Assembly: GCA_963835655.1 (NCBI GenBank)
Contig: CAWIGJ010000003.1
Coordinates: 868,372-932,371, forward strand
Direction of reading: 5' to 3'
DNA from: an uncultured Chloroflexia bacterium
Lineage (GTDB): Bacteria > Chloroflexota > Dehalococcoidia > DSTF01 > JALHUB01
DNA length: 64,000 bases
The notes under the pieces were generated by a model. That model was given only the letters and a program-made list of their open reading frames with translations, had not been told where the DNA came from and did not search any database. Of this stretch, positions 1 to 9,441 are shown piece after piece; the stretch's first letter is position 1; every line of letters begins with the position of its first letter. A program made the position numbers and the translations under genes.

Positions 1-1033
1 GCGCCGTTTCCGCAGCCGCGCGTTGTTCCAGATCGCGCTCACCGCCGTCTTCATTGGAATTCTCATTTGGCGCGTCAATATCATCCGCGTCTTCCAGACC
101 TTCGCTCATGTCCATTACTACTGGGTAGTGCCAGCACTTCTTTGCTTCAGCGCCTCGAAGCTTATTCACGCCTATCGCTGGCAGCTCCTGCTGGCTGAGA
201 CGGAAGAGGCCCCGCTTCCGGACCTTTTCGCTATCTATCTTGTCTCCAATATGGCGAACAACGCCGTTCCCTTCCGCATTGGCGATGTGATACGGGTACA
301 GGTGCCTGCGCAGCGCTTCGGCATCCCTCGCGCCGAGCTGGCGGCCGCCGTATTCGTCACAGAAACGGTCCTCGACGGCTTCACCTTCCTTATCTTGACG
401 CTGATCGTTCTGAGCTTCCTGCGAGTTGACATTCTGCCAACGAGCCTCGCCTTGAGTCTGGCGGTACTGGTTACGCTCGCGTTCGTTGGGGCATTGGTCG
501 CGTCGCGCATTCGGCCTCCGCGCAATCTTGCGAATTCATCGTGGCTAGGCTTCCTCAGCGACCGTACCCGTCAGGCAATCGGAAGCGCCGTCCCGGAATT
601 CATCGAGGGTTTGGCCGCAATGAGGGAGCCGCGGCGGACACTGCGTGTCATCGCCGTCTCCTTCCCTGCCTGGCTCGTCGAGGCGCTGATGTATTGGTTC
701 TTCGGCCTCGCCTTCGACCTGCACCTCGCTTTCGACAAGTTCATCGTCATCATGATCACGGCCAACATCGTCGTCGCCTTGCCCCTAACGCCCTGGAACC
801 TGGGAACGTACGAGGTAGCCCTTCAGGCCGTTCTCGTCGCTCTCGGCGTTAATGGCTCGCTCGCCGCCAGCTATGCTATCGGCACGCACCTCTTCTCCAT
901 CTTCTGGATCACACTCACCGGATTAGTTGCGATGTGGCTTCTGCGACTGGACATTCGTGACGTGATGTCAATGCGGTCACGTCCCGGTGCGAGGGAGGCG
1001 CACGAAGCGCGTCACAGAGTCCAGTGGCGATAG
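1..1033 (+). CDS. Lysylphosphatidylglycerol synthase TM-region / flippase-like (UPF0104) membrane protein, probably 5'-truncated by the window edge
   Basis: Multi-TM protein with family motifs (RW..LL, N...P.R.GD..R, P.TP..LG.YE). The frame is open from base 2 to TAG 1031-1033. Confidence 0.8.
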   Translation, partial: RRFRSRALFQIALTAVFIGILIWRVNIIRVFQTFAHVHYYWVVPALLCFSASKLIHAYRWQLLLAETEEAPLPDLFAIYLVSNMANNAVPFRIGDVIRVQVPAQRFGIPRAELAAAVFVTETVLDGFTFLILTLIVLSFLRVDILPTSLALSLAVLVTLAFVGALVASRIRPPRNLANSSWLGFLSDRTRQAIGSAVPEFIEGLAAMREPRRTLRVIAVSFPAWLVEALMYWFFGLAFDLHLAFDKFIVIMITANIVVALPLTPWNLGTYEVALQAVLVALGVNGSLAASYAIGTHLFSIFWITLTGLVAMWLLRLDIRDVMSMRSRPGAREAHEARHRVQWR

Positions 1034-1040
1034 AAGAGGT

Positions 1041-1877
1041 TCAGTAGGTCTCGCCGCGTTCGCTGACCGGTGGCTCGCCCTCGATGGCGCGGAATTCGTC
1101 TTCGCTGAGCGGCGACAGGCTGCCCTTGCGGTAGGAGTCGTAAAGGGCGAATAAGTCGCGCTTGTGCGGCCGCTTTCGCCCGATGGGGCACTTCTGCCAG
1201 TCCTCGTAGGTCTCGTCACAGTAGCCCGTCCGGCGCTCGCCGCACTTCGGCTGCAGATGGCGTGCCAGCTCCGGTGCTACCCGGTTGACTTCTGCCCGCA
1301 TCAGCGACGCGACCTTTCGAAACTCCCACTGAGCGCGAGTGCACAAGCGCAGGTCGCAGATGTGCAGCAGCGACTGGAAGTTCACCGTTATCTTGAAGTT
1401 GGTCTGGGCGGCGTTAGGGATCAGAAAGCGCGCGTCCTCCGCCGGCACGCCCGCATCCAGCATCTCCTGGTAGAGGCGGCCCAATGCGACGAAGGCATCC
1501 TCCATCTTTCCCGCCAGGCCAGCGGCGCGCACCGACTCTGGCAGCGTGAACGGGAACTCGCCTTCCTTGAACGCGACATAACGCTGGCTCTGCTGTTCGA
1601 AGCTGATACCGATGCGATGCCGTACGAACTGATGGCTGAAGGCCCGTGTCACTCCCGAGATGGCGAACTCGAACCACACCTGCTCCAGCGGCGACGAATG
1701 CCCGGTTTCCAGCCGCTTCTCGACGAAGTCGAGCATCTGCTGCCGCGTGATCCGTTCCTCTTCGATGCGTGCGTCTATCTCCGCCGGCTTGAGGGCAGAA
1801 TAGGCCGTTCGGTAGGCAACGTACAGCGACCGCACCGGGTCGTGGCTGTGGTCCAGGAGTTTGACTTCGATGGGCAA
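1041..1877 (-). CDS. thyX: FAD-dependent thymidylate synthase ThyX
   Basis: GHSSPLE and RHRIGISFEQQSQRYV (RHRx7-8S signature), DAR.L.PN and LR.C.RAQWE motifs. Confidence 0.95.
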   Translation of the reverse strand: MPIEVKLLDHSHDPVRSLYVAYRTAYSALKPAEIDARIEEERITRQQMLDFVEKRLETGHSSPLEQVWFEFAISGVTRAFSHQFVRHRIGISFEQQSQRYVAFKEGEFPFTLPESVRAAGLAGKMEDAFVALGRLYQEMLDAGVPAEDARFLIPNAAQTNFKITVNFQSLLHICDLRLCTRAQWEFRKVASLMRAEVNRVAPELARHLQPKCGERRTGYCDETYEDWQKCPIGRKRPHKRDLFALYDSYRKGSLSPLSEDEFRAIEGEPPVSERGETY

Positions 1878-1971
1878 GCGCTGCCGTCCTTCGGGAGATT
1901 CCGGTATCTATTCTAGCGCGAGGCAATAGCAGGCACTAGGTCCGAACGAAGGAAAGAAGCCAAACGCTTTC

Positions 1972-3084
1972 TCAGGCTACGGCTGTCCCAGTGTGGCGGT
2001 CTGGCACCAGCACCTCTGTCCCGACCGTCAGCAGCGATGGCTTGGGGGCCGCCTGGTGAACTATCTCCTCATACAGGTGCAAGTAGCGGTCGGTCATGCG
2101 CTCGGGGCCAAAGTTGACCTCGACGTGACGGCGGCAGCGCCGCGGATCGATCTGGTCTACCTTCAAGACCGCGTCGACCATCTCGTCTACGTTGTCCACC
2201 AGGAATCCTGTTTCGCCGTGGACGACGAGCTCCGCGGCAGCGCCGCGCCTGAAAGCGACAACGGGTGTGCCGCAAGCCATAGCCTCTGCCATTACCAGGC
2301 CAAAGGGCTCTTCCCAGCAAAGGGGCAACACGAGCGCGTGCGCGTTCTTGAAGAGTTCTCGCTTTAGTTTAGCGTCGGCTTCGCCCAGGAAGCGCACACG
2401 GTCGCCATCGACCAGCGGCTTCAACACCTCGTTAAAATAGTTGGTGTCCGCGGGATTAGGGTCGACCTTACCGGCAAGGATAATCCGGCGACCCAAGCGT
2501 TTCGCCACCTCAACCGCCAGGTGCGGCGCCTTGTCGACGGAAACACGGCTCAGGAATAGCAGATAATCATCCTTCTTCGCGTTAAACGGGAAGCTGGCGA
2601 CGTCGATGGCGTTGTAGACAGTGCCGGCGTAGTTGCGGTTCATCACTTGCGGCATTGTCAGCTTCTCTGATCGGCTGATGGTGTTGTACCAGCCTTCGTA
2701 ATGGTCCCAAACGAACTTCGTTGCTGGCGTAATGAGGCAGTGCATCGTCGAAAGCATCGGCGTTGAGACCAGGTGACTCATCGCCATTACCGTTTCACCG
2801 ACATGATTATGAATAATGTCATAGGAATCAGCGTCGACAAGTGACGCCGCAGCATGCATGAGAGCGTACCAGTCACGATCCGGCAGGTCTGATGCGGTAC
2901 GAAGGCTTCGATGATAGATAGAACGTAGTTCGGCGCTGGTCTTCGAGTCGCCTGAGGCCCACAGGGTCACCTCGTGCCCGCGACGGACCAACTCTTCGAC
3001 CAGGACACTGACGACCGCCTCGGTCCCTCCGTATGCAGGTGGAGGCACTGTTTCCCATAACGGCGCAAGCTGAAGGATTCTCAT
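1972..3084 (-). CDS. Glycosyltransferase family 4
   Basis: VPPPAYGGTE N-terminus and WEEPFGLVMAEAMACGTPVV GT-B motif; SD AGGAGGAGG upstream. Confidence 0.9.
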   Translation of the reverse strand: MRILQLAPLWETVPPPAYGGTEAVVSVLVEELVRRGHEVTLWASGDSKTSAELRSIYHRSLRTASDLPDRDWYALMHAAASLVDADSYDIIHNHVGETVMAMSHLVSTPMLSTMHCLITPATKFVWDHYEGWYNTISRSEKLTMPQVMNRNYAGTVYNAIDVASFPFNAKKDDYLLFLSRVSVDKAPHLAVEVAKRLGRRIILAGKVDPNPADTNYFNEVLKPLVDGDRVRFLGEADAKLKRELFKNAHALVLPLCWEEPFGLVMAEAMACGTPVVAFRRGAAAELVVHGETGFLVDNVDEMVDAVLKVDQIDPRRCRRHVEVNFGPERMTDRYLHLYEEIVHQAAPKPSLLTVGTEVLVPDRHTGTAVA

Positions 3085-3351
3085 TGCCCCCCTCCTCCTT
3101 TCTTGAGATGCGATGGCCGGACTGTGCGTTGACAGCCTTCGTTGTGGGTCCGCCGTTATGGGGAATCGGGACTATTGCCGGGTGGGAGCCCCTCTTCGTA
3201 GTTCAACCTTGAAAATACCACATGGGGAAAGGGATCGCAATTAGAAGCGAGTTTTGGTCTCTCTCTAGCAAAGGCGAGGATAGGGCTTCATTCTCCAGAT
3301 TTCGCGAGGTCGGGCGAACGTGGAAGATGAGGCGGTCCCTGAGAGGTATCG

Positions 3352-3960
3352 CTAGAATCGCGCGAACGACGTGCCTTGCCAGAGGATAACGGCGATAGCC
3401 GCTCCGGAAATGAAAGGGGCGTAGGGGATCGGGTCCTTACGGCTTCTGAGGCCCGTCGCGAGCAGCACAACCGCAACAACGCCGCCGGCAAGGGCCATCA
3501 GGAATAGGCTGTCGCCGACAAGCGGCCAGCCCAAAGCTAGTCCAACGAACACAGACAGTTTGACATCGCCAAGACCCATTCCGCCGCGTGAAACGACCAG
3601 CACGATAAGCATGAAGCCGGCTGACAACGCTCCACCAATGAGAGCCTCACGCAGGTCACCATGAGGCATGAATGCGGCTGCCAGAAAGGCGAAAAGAGCT
3701 GCTGGATAGGTGACGACGTTCGGCACGCGGAAAGACATAAGGTCCGTTGCTGCACAGGTGACGAGGACGGCAATGTACACCGCGACGACGGCCGTCTCGC
3801 CTGCGGTTCGGTAGCGCATTCCCGCGCCGGCAACGAGCCCGAGCGCGACAACCACGAAGACACGTGTCTGCCACGACGTTGATCGCAGGTGCTCGAGGAG
3901 GCGTCGTCCAGCGCCGAGATTTGTGAGCATGTTGAGGCGGCGTCCGGAATCAGCGGCCAT
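3352..3960 (-). CDS. Prepilin peptidase, A24 family
   Basis: TD...RVPN, GMGLGDVKL and IPYAPFI motifs with multiple TM segments. An alternative start at 3930 is possible. Confidence 0.85.
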   Translation of the reverse strand: MAADSGRRLNMLTNLGAGRRLLEHLRSTSWQTRVFVVVALGLVAGAGMRYRTAGETAVVAVYIAVLVTCAATDLMSFRVPNVVTYPAALFAFLAAAFMPHGDLREALIGGALSAGFMLIVLVVSRGGMGLGDVKLSVFVGLALGWPLVGDSLFLMALAGGVVAVVLLATGLRSRKDPIPYAPFISGAAIAVILWQGTSFARF

Positions 3961-4090
3961 AGATCATCCTTCCGTCTCTATAGTTTCGGCCCTTTGAGGG
4001 TAATCCTGCTATTAGGCGAATCCCCCATTCCGCTACTAGAGAAAGGCGACGAACCTCTCCCCACGGAACAACGTGTACTCGCGCTCCCTG

Positions 4091-4123
4091 CTTTGTGGAC
4101 GAAGCGGTGACTCGGGAGTACAC
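4091..4123 (+). promoter_or_regulatory. Putative sigma70-type promoter of the first acyl-CoA ligase
   Basis: (TTG)TGGACG-N17-TACACT; the same architecture recurs upstream of the paralog. Confidence 0.4.
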
Positions 4124-4162
4124 TGGCGCTGCTCAGCCGAGAAGTGGGCAAAGGAGGCAACC

Positions 4163-5695
4163 GTGTCCGTTCCAACCAACATGCGCGAGCTTATCGAATT
4201 GTATCAAGACGAGCGGGCAGACCAGCCCTGTGTCCTCTGGCGCGACGAGGAAATCACTTACCGTCAGTTGAACGAACGCATCAATCGGGTCGCCAACGGA
4301 CTCAAGGCGATGGGTATCAAGAAAGGTGATGTAGTATCTGTTTACCTGCCGAACTGCCCTGACTACTTCTACGTCTGGTTTGGAATCCTGAAGCTCGGAG
4401 CCGTCTTCGGCCCGATCAACGCGCTCTTCAAAGGAGACGAGGTTCGGCACGTCCTTAGCGACTCCGGGGCGGTCGCAGTAGCCACGAGCCAAACGCTTAT
4501 CGATACGATCAACGCGGCCAAGCCCTCCTGTCCGGCGCTCCAGCACGTCATCTGCCTCGAAGGCGCAGCGGGTGGCGCTTCCGCCTACGCTGACCTCCTA
4601 AAGCAGCCGGCAGAGCTTGCTCCCGTCGAGATCGCTCGGGACGACTTGGCGGCAATCGTCTACACTTCCGGCACGACGGGCAAGCCCAAGGGCGCGATGC
4701 TCTCGCATTGGAACTACGTCTGGGACACCATGGCCTCGGCTGAGCTTGTGCCCGTTCCCATCGGCGAAGGGCGCCTCGGGCTTGTCCTACCCCTCTTCCA
4801 TGCCAATGCTCAGGTCACAAGCCTGACCCAGTTCCTAACGGGCGGCTGCGTGGCCATGTGGGAACGCTTCAGCCCGACCGACTTTTGGGAGACTGTGGAT
4901 CGTTATAAGCCGAAGACTTTCTCCTCAGTTCCCACGATGCTATCAATCCTGCTCAGTGCTCCTGTCGGGGAAGGACTAGACATAAGCAGTCTGGATTTCG
5001 TCATCTCCGGCGCGGCGCCGCTGCCGGTCGACGTCATGCACCGTTTCGAGGAGGCGTTTGGACTCCGCATCATCGAGGGCTACGGACTGACAGAGGGCAC
5101 ATGCGTGTCATCGCTGAACCCGTACTGGGGCGTGCGCAAAGCCGGCTCTATCGGGCTGCCCATCCGCGGCCAGGCGATGAGGATCGTCGACGATGAGATG
5201 CGCGAAATGCCGCCTGGCGAGTACGGCGAAATCGTGGTCAAGGGGCCCAACGTTATGCAGGGGTACTACAATAACTCCAAGGCGACAGCACAGACAATCG
5301 TCGATGGCTGGCTGCGAACCGGGGACATGGGCTACCTGGACGGGGACGGTTACGTCTTCATCGTCGACCGCAAGAAGGACATGATCATCCGCGGCGGCGA
5401 AAACATCTACCCGCGGGAGATCGAAGAGGTCCTCTTCACACACCCGCAGATCGCCGACGCAACCGTCATCGGACGAAGCGACGTCGTGTGGGGGGAGCAG
5501 GTCGTCGCCGTCATCGTGCCTACAGCTAATGCCTCTCTCACCATCGACGAAGTCATCGGCTTCTGCAAGGAGCGCCTCGCCGACTACAAACTGCCACGCG
5601 ACGTGGTCTTCCGCAGTGACCTGCCGAAGACGCTGACCGGCAAGGTGCAGAAGAAGGCGCTGAAGGAAGAGCTTTTTGGCTCTGGCCAAGGCTAG
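4163..5695 (+). CDS. Long-chain fatty acid-CoA ligase (ANL superfamily), copy 1
   Basis: [25 protein letters not shown] and KTLTGKVQK motifs; GTG start after AAGGAGG. Confidence 0.92.
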   Translation: MSVPTNMRELIELYQDERADQPCVLWRDEEITYRQLNERINRVANGLKAMGIKKGDVVSVYLPNCPDYFYVWFGILKLGAVFGPINALFKGDEVRHVLSDSGAVAVATSQTLIDTINAAKPSCPALQHVICLEGAAGGASAYADLLKQPAELAPVEIARDDLAAIVYTSGTTGKPKGAMLSHWNYVWDTMASAELVPVPIGEGRLGLVLPLFHANAQVTSLTQFLTGGCVAMWERFSPTDFWETVDRYKPKTFSSVPTMLSILLSAPVGEGLDISSLDFVISGAAPLPVDVMHRFEEAFGLRIIEGYGLTEGTCVSSLNPYWGVRKAGSIGLPIRGQAMRIVDDEMREMPPGEYGEIVVKGPNVMQGYYNNSKATAQTIVDGWLRTGDMGYLDGDGYVFIVDRKKDMIIRGGENIYPREIEEVLFTHPQIADATVIGRSDVVWGEQVVAVIVPTANASLTIDEVIGFCKERLADYKLPRDVVFRSDLPKTLTGKVQKKALKEELFGSGQG

Positions 5696-5752
5696 CCCTT
5701 TTCATACTTCGGCAGGGAACTAAGAGCAGCAAAGGCTAAATCGTTCAACGCC

Positions 5753-5784
5753 TTGTGGACAGAGCAAAATTACGTCTGTAAACT
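5753..5784 (+). promoter_or_regulatory. Putative sigma70-type promoter of the second acyl-CoA ligase
   Basis: (TTG)TGGACA-N17-TAAACT. Confidence 0.45.
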
Positions 5785-5819
5785 GATGCTATCCGTGTGA
5801 AACTAGTGTAGGAGATACC

Positions 5820-7349
5820 GTGTCTTTTCCCTCCAATGTCCGTGAACTTGTCGAATTGAATCTGGAAGACCGAGCCGACCAGCCATGCGTCATGTGGCGC
5901 GACGAGGAGATCACCTACCGGGAGCTGAACGAACGCGTCAACCGCGTTGCGAACGGGCTCAAATCCATCGGCGTGAAGAAGGGGGACGTAGTATCCGTTT
6001 ACCTGCCGAACTGCCCTGACTACTACTACGTCTGGTTCGGCATCCTCAAGCTCGGAGCCGTGTTTGGGCCGATCAATGCTCTCTTCAAGGGCGACGAAGT
6101 CAGACATGTCCTCAGCGATTCCGGTGCCGAGGCTGTCGTCACTAGTGCTTCCATGGTCGATACGATAAACGATGCCAAACCCTTCTGTCCTGCCCTGAAG
6201 CACGTTTTCTGCCTCGAAGGTGCAACCGGCGGCGCCTCTGCCTACGCCGACCTTCTGAAGCATTCAGCGGAGCTTGGCCCAACGGAAGTCGCGGGCGATG
6301 ATCTCGCGGCCATAGTCTACACGTCGGGTACCACCGGCAGGCCAAAGGGCGCGATGCTCAGTCATTCGAACTACATCTCCAACGCTGCGGCTGCCGCGGA
6401 CCTGACTCCACTGGTGCAGGGCGAGGGACGCCTCGGACTCATCATGCCTCTCTTCCATGTCAACGCGCAGGGAAATAGCCTGACCCAGTTGCTCAGCGGT
6501 GGGCGCATCGCAATGTGGGAGCGGTTCAGTCCGAGCGAGTTCTGGGAAAACGTTGACCGCTACAAGCCGAAGGCGTTTAGCTCCGTTCCGACGATGTTGG
6601 CCATCCTTCTGTCAACGCCTGTGAAGAAGGAGCTTGACGTGAGTAGTCTCGATTTCGTTTCCTGCGGCGCAGCGCCGCTGCCGCTCGAGATCATACACCG
6701 GTTCGAGAACGACTTCGGACTGCGCATTCTGGAGGGCTACGGGCTGACCGAGGGAACGTGTGTGTCGTCGCTGAACCCGTACTGGTCACCACGCAAGGTT
6801 GGATCAATCGGGCTACCGATCCGCGGCCAGGCGATGAAAATCGTTGACGACAATATGAATGAGCTGCCGGCCGGCGAGTATGGCGAGATCGTCATCAAAG
6901 GCCCGAACGTCATGAAGGGCTACTACAACAATCCACAAGCCACAGCCGAGACGATCGTCGACGGCTGGCTGCGCACCGGCGACACCGGCTACGTGGACGA
7001 TGACGGCTACTTCTTCATCGTCGACCGCAAGAAGGACATGATCATCCGCGGCGGCGAGAACATTTACCCGCGCGAGATTGAAGAGGTCCTGTTCACTCAC
7101 CCACAGATTGCGGAGGCGTCGGTTGTCGGCCGCAAGGACCTCACCTGGGGCGAGCAGGTTGTCGCTGTCGTCGTGCTTGAATCGAACGCGTCCTTGACCG
7201 CGGACGACATCATCGGCTTTTGTGCGGAGCGCCTCGCCGACTTCAAGCTACCCCGAGAAGTGATCTTCCGCCAGGAGCTGCCAAAAACACCGACCGGCAA
7301 GGTCCAGAAGAAGGTGCTGAAGGAAGAGCTGTTCGGGCCAGCCAGCTAG
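5820..7349 (+). CDS. Long-chain fatty acid-CoA ligase, tandem paralog copy 2
   Basis: Same ANL motifs; colinear and highly similar to 4163-5695. Confidence 0.92.
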   Translation: MSFPSNVRELVELNLEDRADQPCVMWRDEEITYRELNERVNRVANGLKSIGVKKGDVVSVYLPNCPDYYYVWFGILKLGAVFGPINALFKGDEVRHVLSDSGAEAVVTSASMVDTINDAKPFCPALKHVFCLEGATGGASAYADLLKHSAELGPTEVAGDDLAAIVYTSGTTGRPKGAMLSHSNYISNAAAAADLTPLVQGEGRLGLIMPLFHVNAQGNSLTQLLSGGRIAMWERFSPSEFWENVDRYKPKAFSSVPTMLAILLSTPVKKELDVSSLDFVSCGAAPLPLEIIHRFENDFGLRILEGYGLTEGTCVSSLNPYWSPRKVGSIGLPIRGQAMKIVDDNMNELPAGEYGEIVIKGPNVMKGYYNNPQATAETIVDGWLRTGDTGYVDDDGYFFIVDRKKDMIIRGGENIYPREIEEVLFTHPQIAEASVVGRKDLTWGEQVVAVVVLESNASLTADDIIGFCAERLADFKLPREVIFRQELPKTPTGKVQKKVLKEELFGPAS

Positions 7350-7457
7350 CCATTTTCACGACTTCGACACAGAAGAGAATGTCGCTGCCACCTCTTCTGC
7401 ACTTGCGGGCTGTAGGCTAAGGGACAGAGCCACTCTAGGATGGAGGAGGCGTGAACG

Positions 7458-7949
7458 ATGCTACGTAGTATCGGTCTTCTGCTGTTGCGCGTGAATTTGG
7501 GCGGGACGCTAATGGCGCACGGCTACCCGAAGCTCTTCGGTGGGGCGGGGAAGCTGCCGCCGGAACGGCTTGCAAAGGCCCTCGGCCCCAACTGGGCGCC
7601 GTTCTTCGAGAGCACCGGTCCGCACGGTTTTGCTGCGGGCCTGGAGCGAATGGGAGTGCCGTATCCGTTCGCCGGCGCCTATGCGTCCGGTATAGCCGAG
7701 TTGTGCGGCGGCGCCGCAATCGTCCTCGGGTTCAAGACTCGGCTGGCCGCATTGGCCGTGATGGGCAACATGGCCGTGGCTATCTGGAAGGCTCACTGGC
7801 CAAAGGGGTTCTTCGGCCAGGGCGGCTACGAGTTCCCGATGGCGCTGGCAGCCGAGGCAGCGACGCTTGAGATGGCCGGGCCCGGAGCGCTATCTGTCGA
7901 TGCTATCTGTTCCGCCATCTGCAAGAACGCGAAGAACGGCGAAGACTGA
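7458..7949 (+). CDS. DoxX family membrane protein
   Basis: LLRV..G....HG..KLFG, E..GG..L.LG..TR and GGYEF motifs. Confidence 0.88.
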   Translation: MLRSIGLLLLRVNLGGTLMAHGYPKLFGGAGKLPPERLAKALGPNWAPFFESTGPHGFAAGLERMGVPYPFAGAYASGIAELCGGAAIVLGFKTRLAALAVMGNMAVAIWKAHWPKGFFGQGGYEFPMALAAEAATLEMAGPGALSVDAICSAICKNAKNGED

Positions 7950-8041
7950 CTCCAGTGCCCCAGCTAGTGTGGCCACGCGTCGAATTCGACGTTCGGGTCA
8001 GCCGCTGGGCGTTCGGAGCCGAGAGGCAAGTTCGACCATTC

Positions 8042-8227
8042 CTAGCCGCCAACGACGGTGACGCCGACTAGAGGGGGCAGAGCAGACGAGTCGGAATGCG
8101 GAGTTGGCCGTGCGGGAGTCAACGAACTGATGGGGTTGTCGCTTCTCGGCAGAGCGCAGGCCGAAAGCGATAGCAGTGGCAGAAGCAGCAGCGCCCTCAG
8201 GGCTAATTTGCGGATCTAACTTTGCAC
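8042..8227 (-). pseudogene. Remnant of a lipoprotein gene with an amber stop at codon 4
   Basis: GGAGG-N5-GTG gives MQS*IRKLALRALLLLPLLSLSAC (signal peptide plus lipobox). TAG at 8218-8216; next TAG at 8044-8042. Confidence 0.4.
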
Positions 8228-8245
8228 GTCTTCCTCCGCGGGCAC

Positions 8246-9304
8246 CTACGGGATAAACGCGGTGTAGCGTATCTCCTGCTCACCTGAGTTGACAGCAGGG
8301 TCCAGGAAGGCGGCGTAGTCACCCTCTCCGGCAACGTACGTCTTGAAGAACGCGGTCGCGTAGAAGTTGACGAACTTGTGCGCCTCGTCCTGACTGATGT
8401 TGTCGGCGGTGCAGCCAATTTGTGGCACGGCAATCGCGCAGTCGTCACCGTAGGCGTTGTGGCCTCCCCGCGGGAAGACGAGCAGAAAATGCGGCAGCGT
8501 CGTGCTGATCCCCTGATAGAACGTTTGCATATCCGGGACCGGACAGCGAGTGTCGAGGTCGCCCCCGAGCATCATCAGCGGCATATCGACTCTGTCCGGC
8601 GGCGGCACCACTGCTCCAACGCAGGGCGCCATCGCCATCGCCGCCTTGAAAGGCGTGCCCTCCGCCGTCGTCGACTCGCGCACCGTGTCCGTCCCGCCGA
8701 AGGAATGCCCCGCCACGCCGACGCGACCACCGTCCAGAAGCTGGTAGAAGGACGACGAGGAATCGTCGCTCAGCTTCAGTACCGAGTCGAGGGCGAATGT
8801 CAGGTCGTCAGGGCGGTTGGCGTAGGAGTCGGCCATGCCTTCAGCCGTGCAGCCTGCTTGGCCGGGCGCGAAGCAGTCGGCGCTCAGGTTTCCCGGATGC
8901 GACGGCGCGACGACAACGAAGCCGTGCGAGGCGAGATAAGGAGCGAAGTACGTCGGAGCGTAGGGCGAAGCGCCGCCGGCGCCGTGCGACCAGATGATAA
9001 CCGGGAAGGGAGCCCCGGCCTGCGCGGGCTTTGCATCACGCACGCCATCGACCGTCTGGTCAATCGCGCCGTTGTCCGCGCTGTCGTCGGCTGGATACCA
9101 GACGAAGGTGTCGAGGACGCGCGGCTCGCCCGTCGTTGAAGAGACGCGTTCGAAGCTGAATTCGCTGACGCCCACGGCATAGGGGCCGGGGGAGCCGGGA
9201 TCGAGGGCAGCGGGTTCGTTGCGTGATGATCCGCACGAGGGAACGAAGGCCGGGAGCAGCACAAGTACAGAAACCGACAGGAACAACCGGAACGGGTGGC
9301 GCAT
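8246..9304 (-). CDS. Secreted/lipoprotein alpha/beta hydrolase (PAF-acetylhydrolase/dienelactone-hydrolase-like)
   Basis: Signal peptide with Cys, FPVIIWSHG, YLASHGFVV, GHSFG nucleophile elbow, GDLD acid and GGHNAY His. Confidence 0.85.
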   Translation of the reverse strand: MRHPFRLFLSVSVLVLLPAFVPSCGSSRNEPAALDPGSPGPYAVGVSEFSFERVSSTTGEPRVLDTFVWYPADDSADNGAIDQTVDGVRDAKPAQAGAPFPVIIWSHGAGGASPYAPTYFAPYLASHGFVVVAPSHPGNLSADCFAPGQAGCTAEGMADSYANRPDDLTFALDSVLKLSDDSSSSFYQLLDGGRVGVAGHSFGGTDTVRESTTAEGTPFKAAMAMAPCVGAVVPPPDRVDMPLMMLGGDLDTRCPVPDMQTFYQGISTTLPHFLLVFPRGGHNAYGDDCAIAVPQIGCTADNISQDEAHKFVNFYATAFFKTYVAGEGDYAAFLDPAVNSGEQEIRYTAFIP

Positions 9305-9441
9305 CCTGCTGCCTCGCGAGAGCAGATCAGGCCTTAGTGTAGCCGATCCCGTGTTTTCGTGCCTGCTCCAGTAGCAGGGAAGACCCGCTACGGTTAGACT
9401 GAGTCTATAACCGGAGCGCAGATGTGAGACGGAGGACTGGC

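Noticed and set aside
1041-1260. Cys-containing C-terminal extension of ThyX (C..x..C..x..C)
   Set aside because: To my knowledge similar tails occur in other ThyX subgroups; there is no evidence of novelty here.
7978-7991. 14-bp palindrome CGTCGAATTCGACG
   Set aside because: A single copy between convergent genes with no promoter context; plausible by chance in GC-rich DNA.
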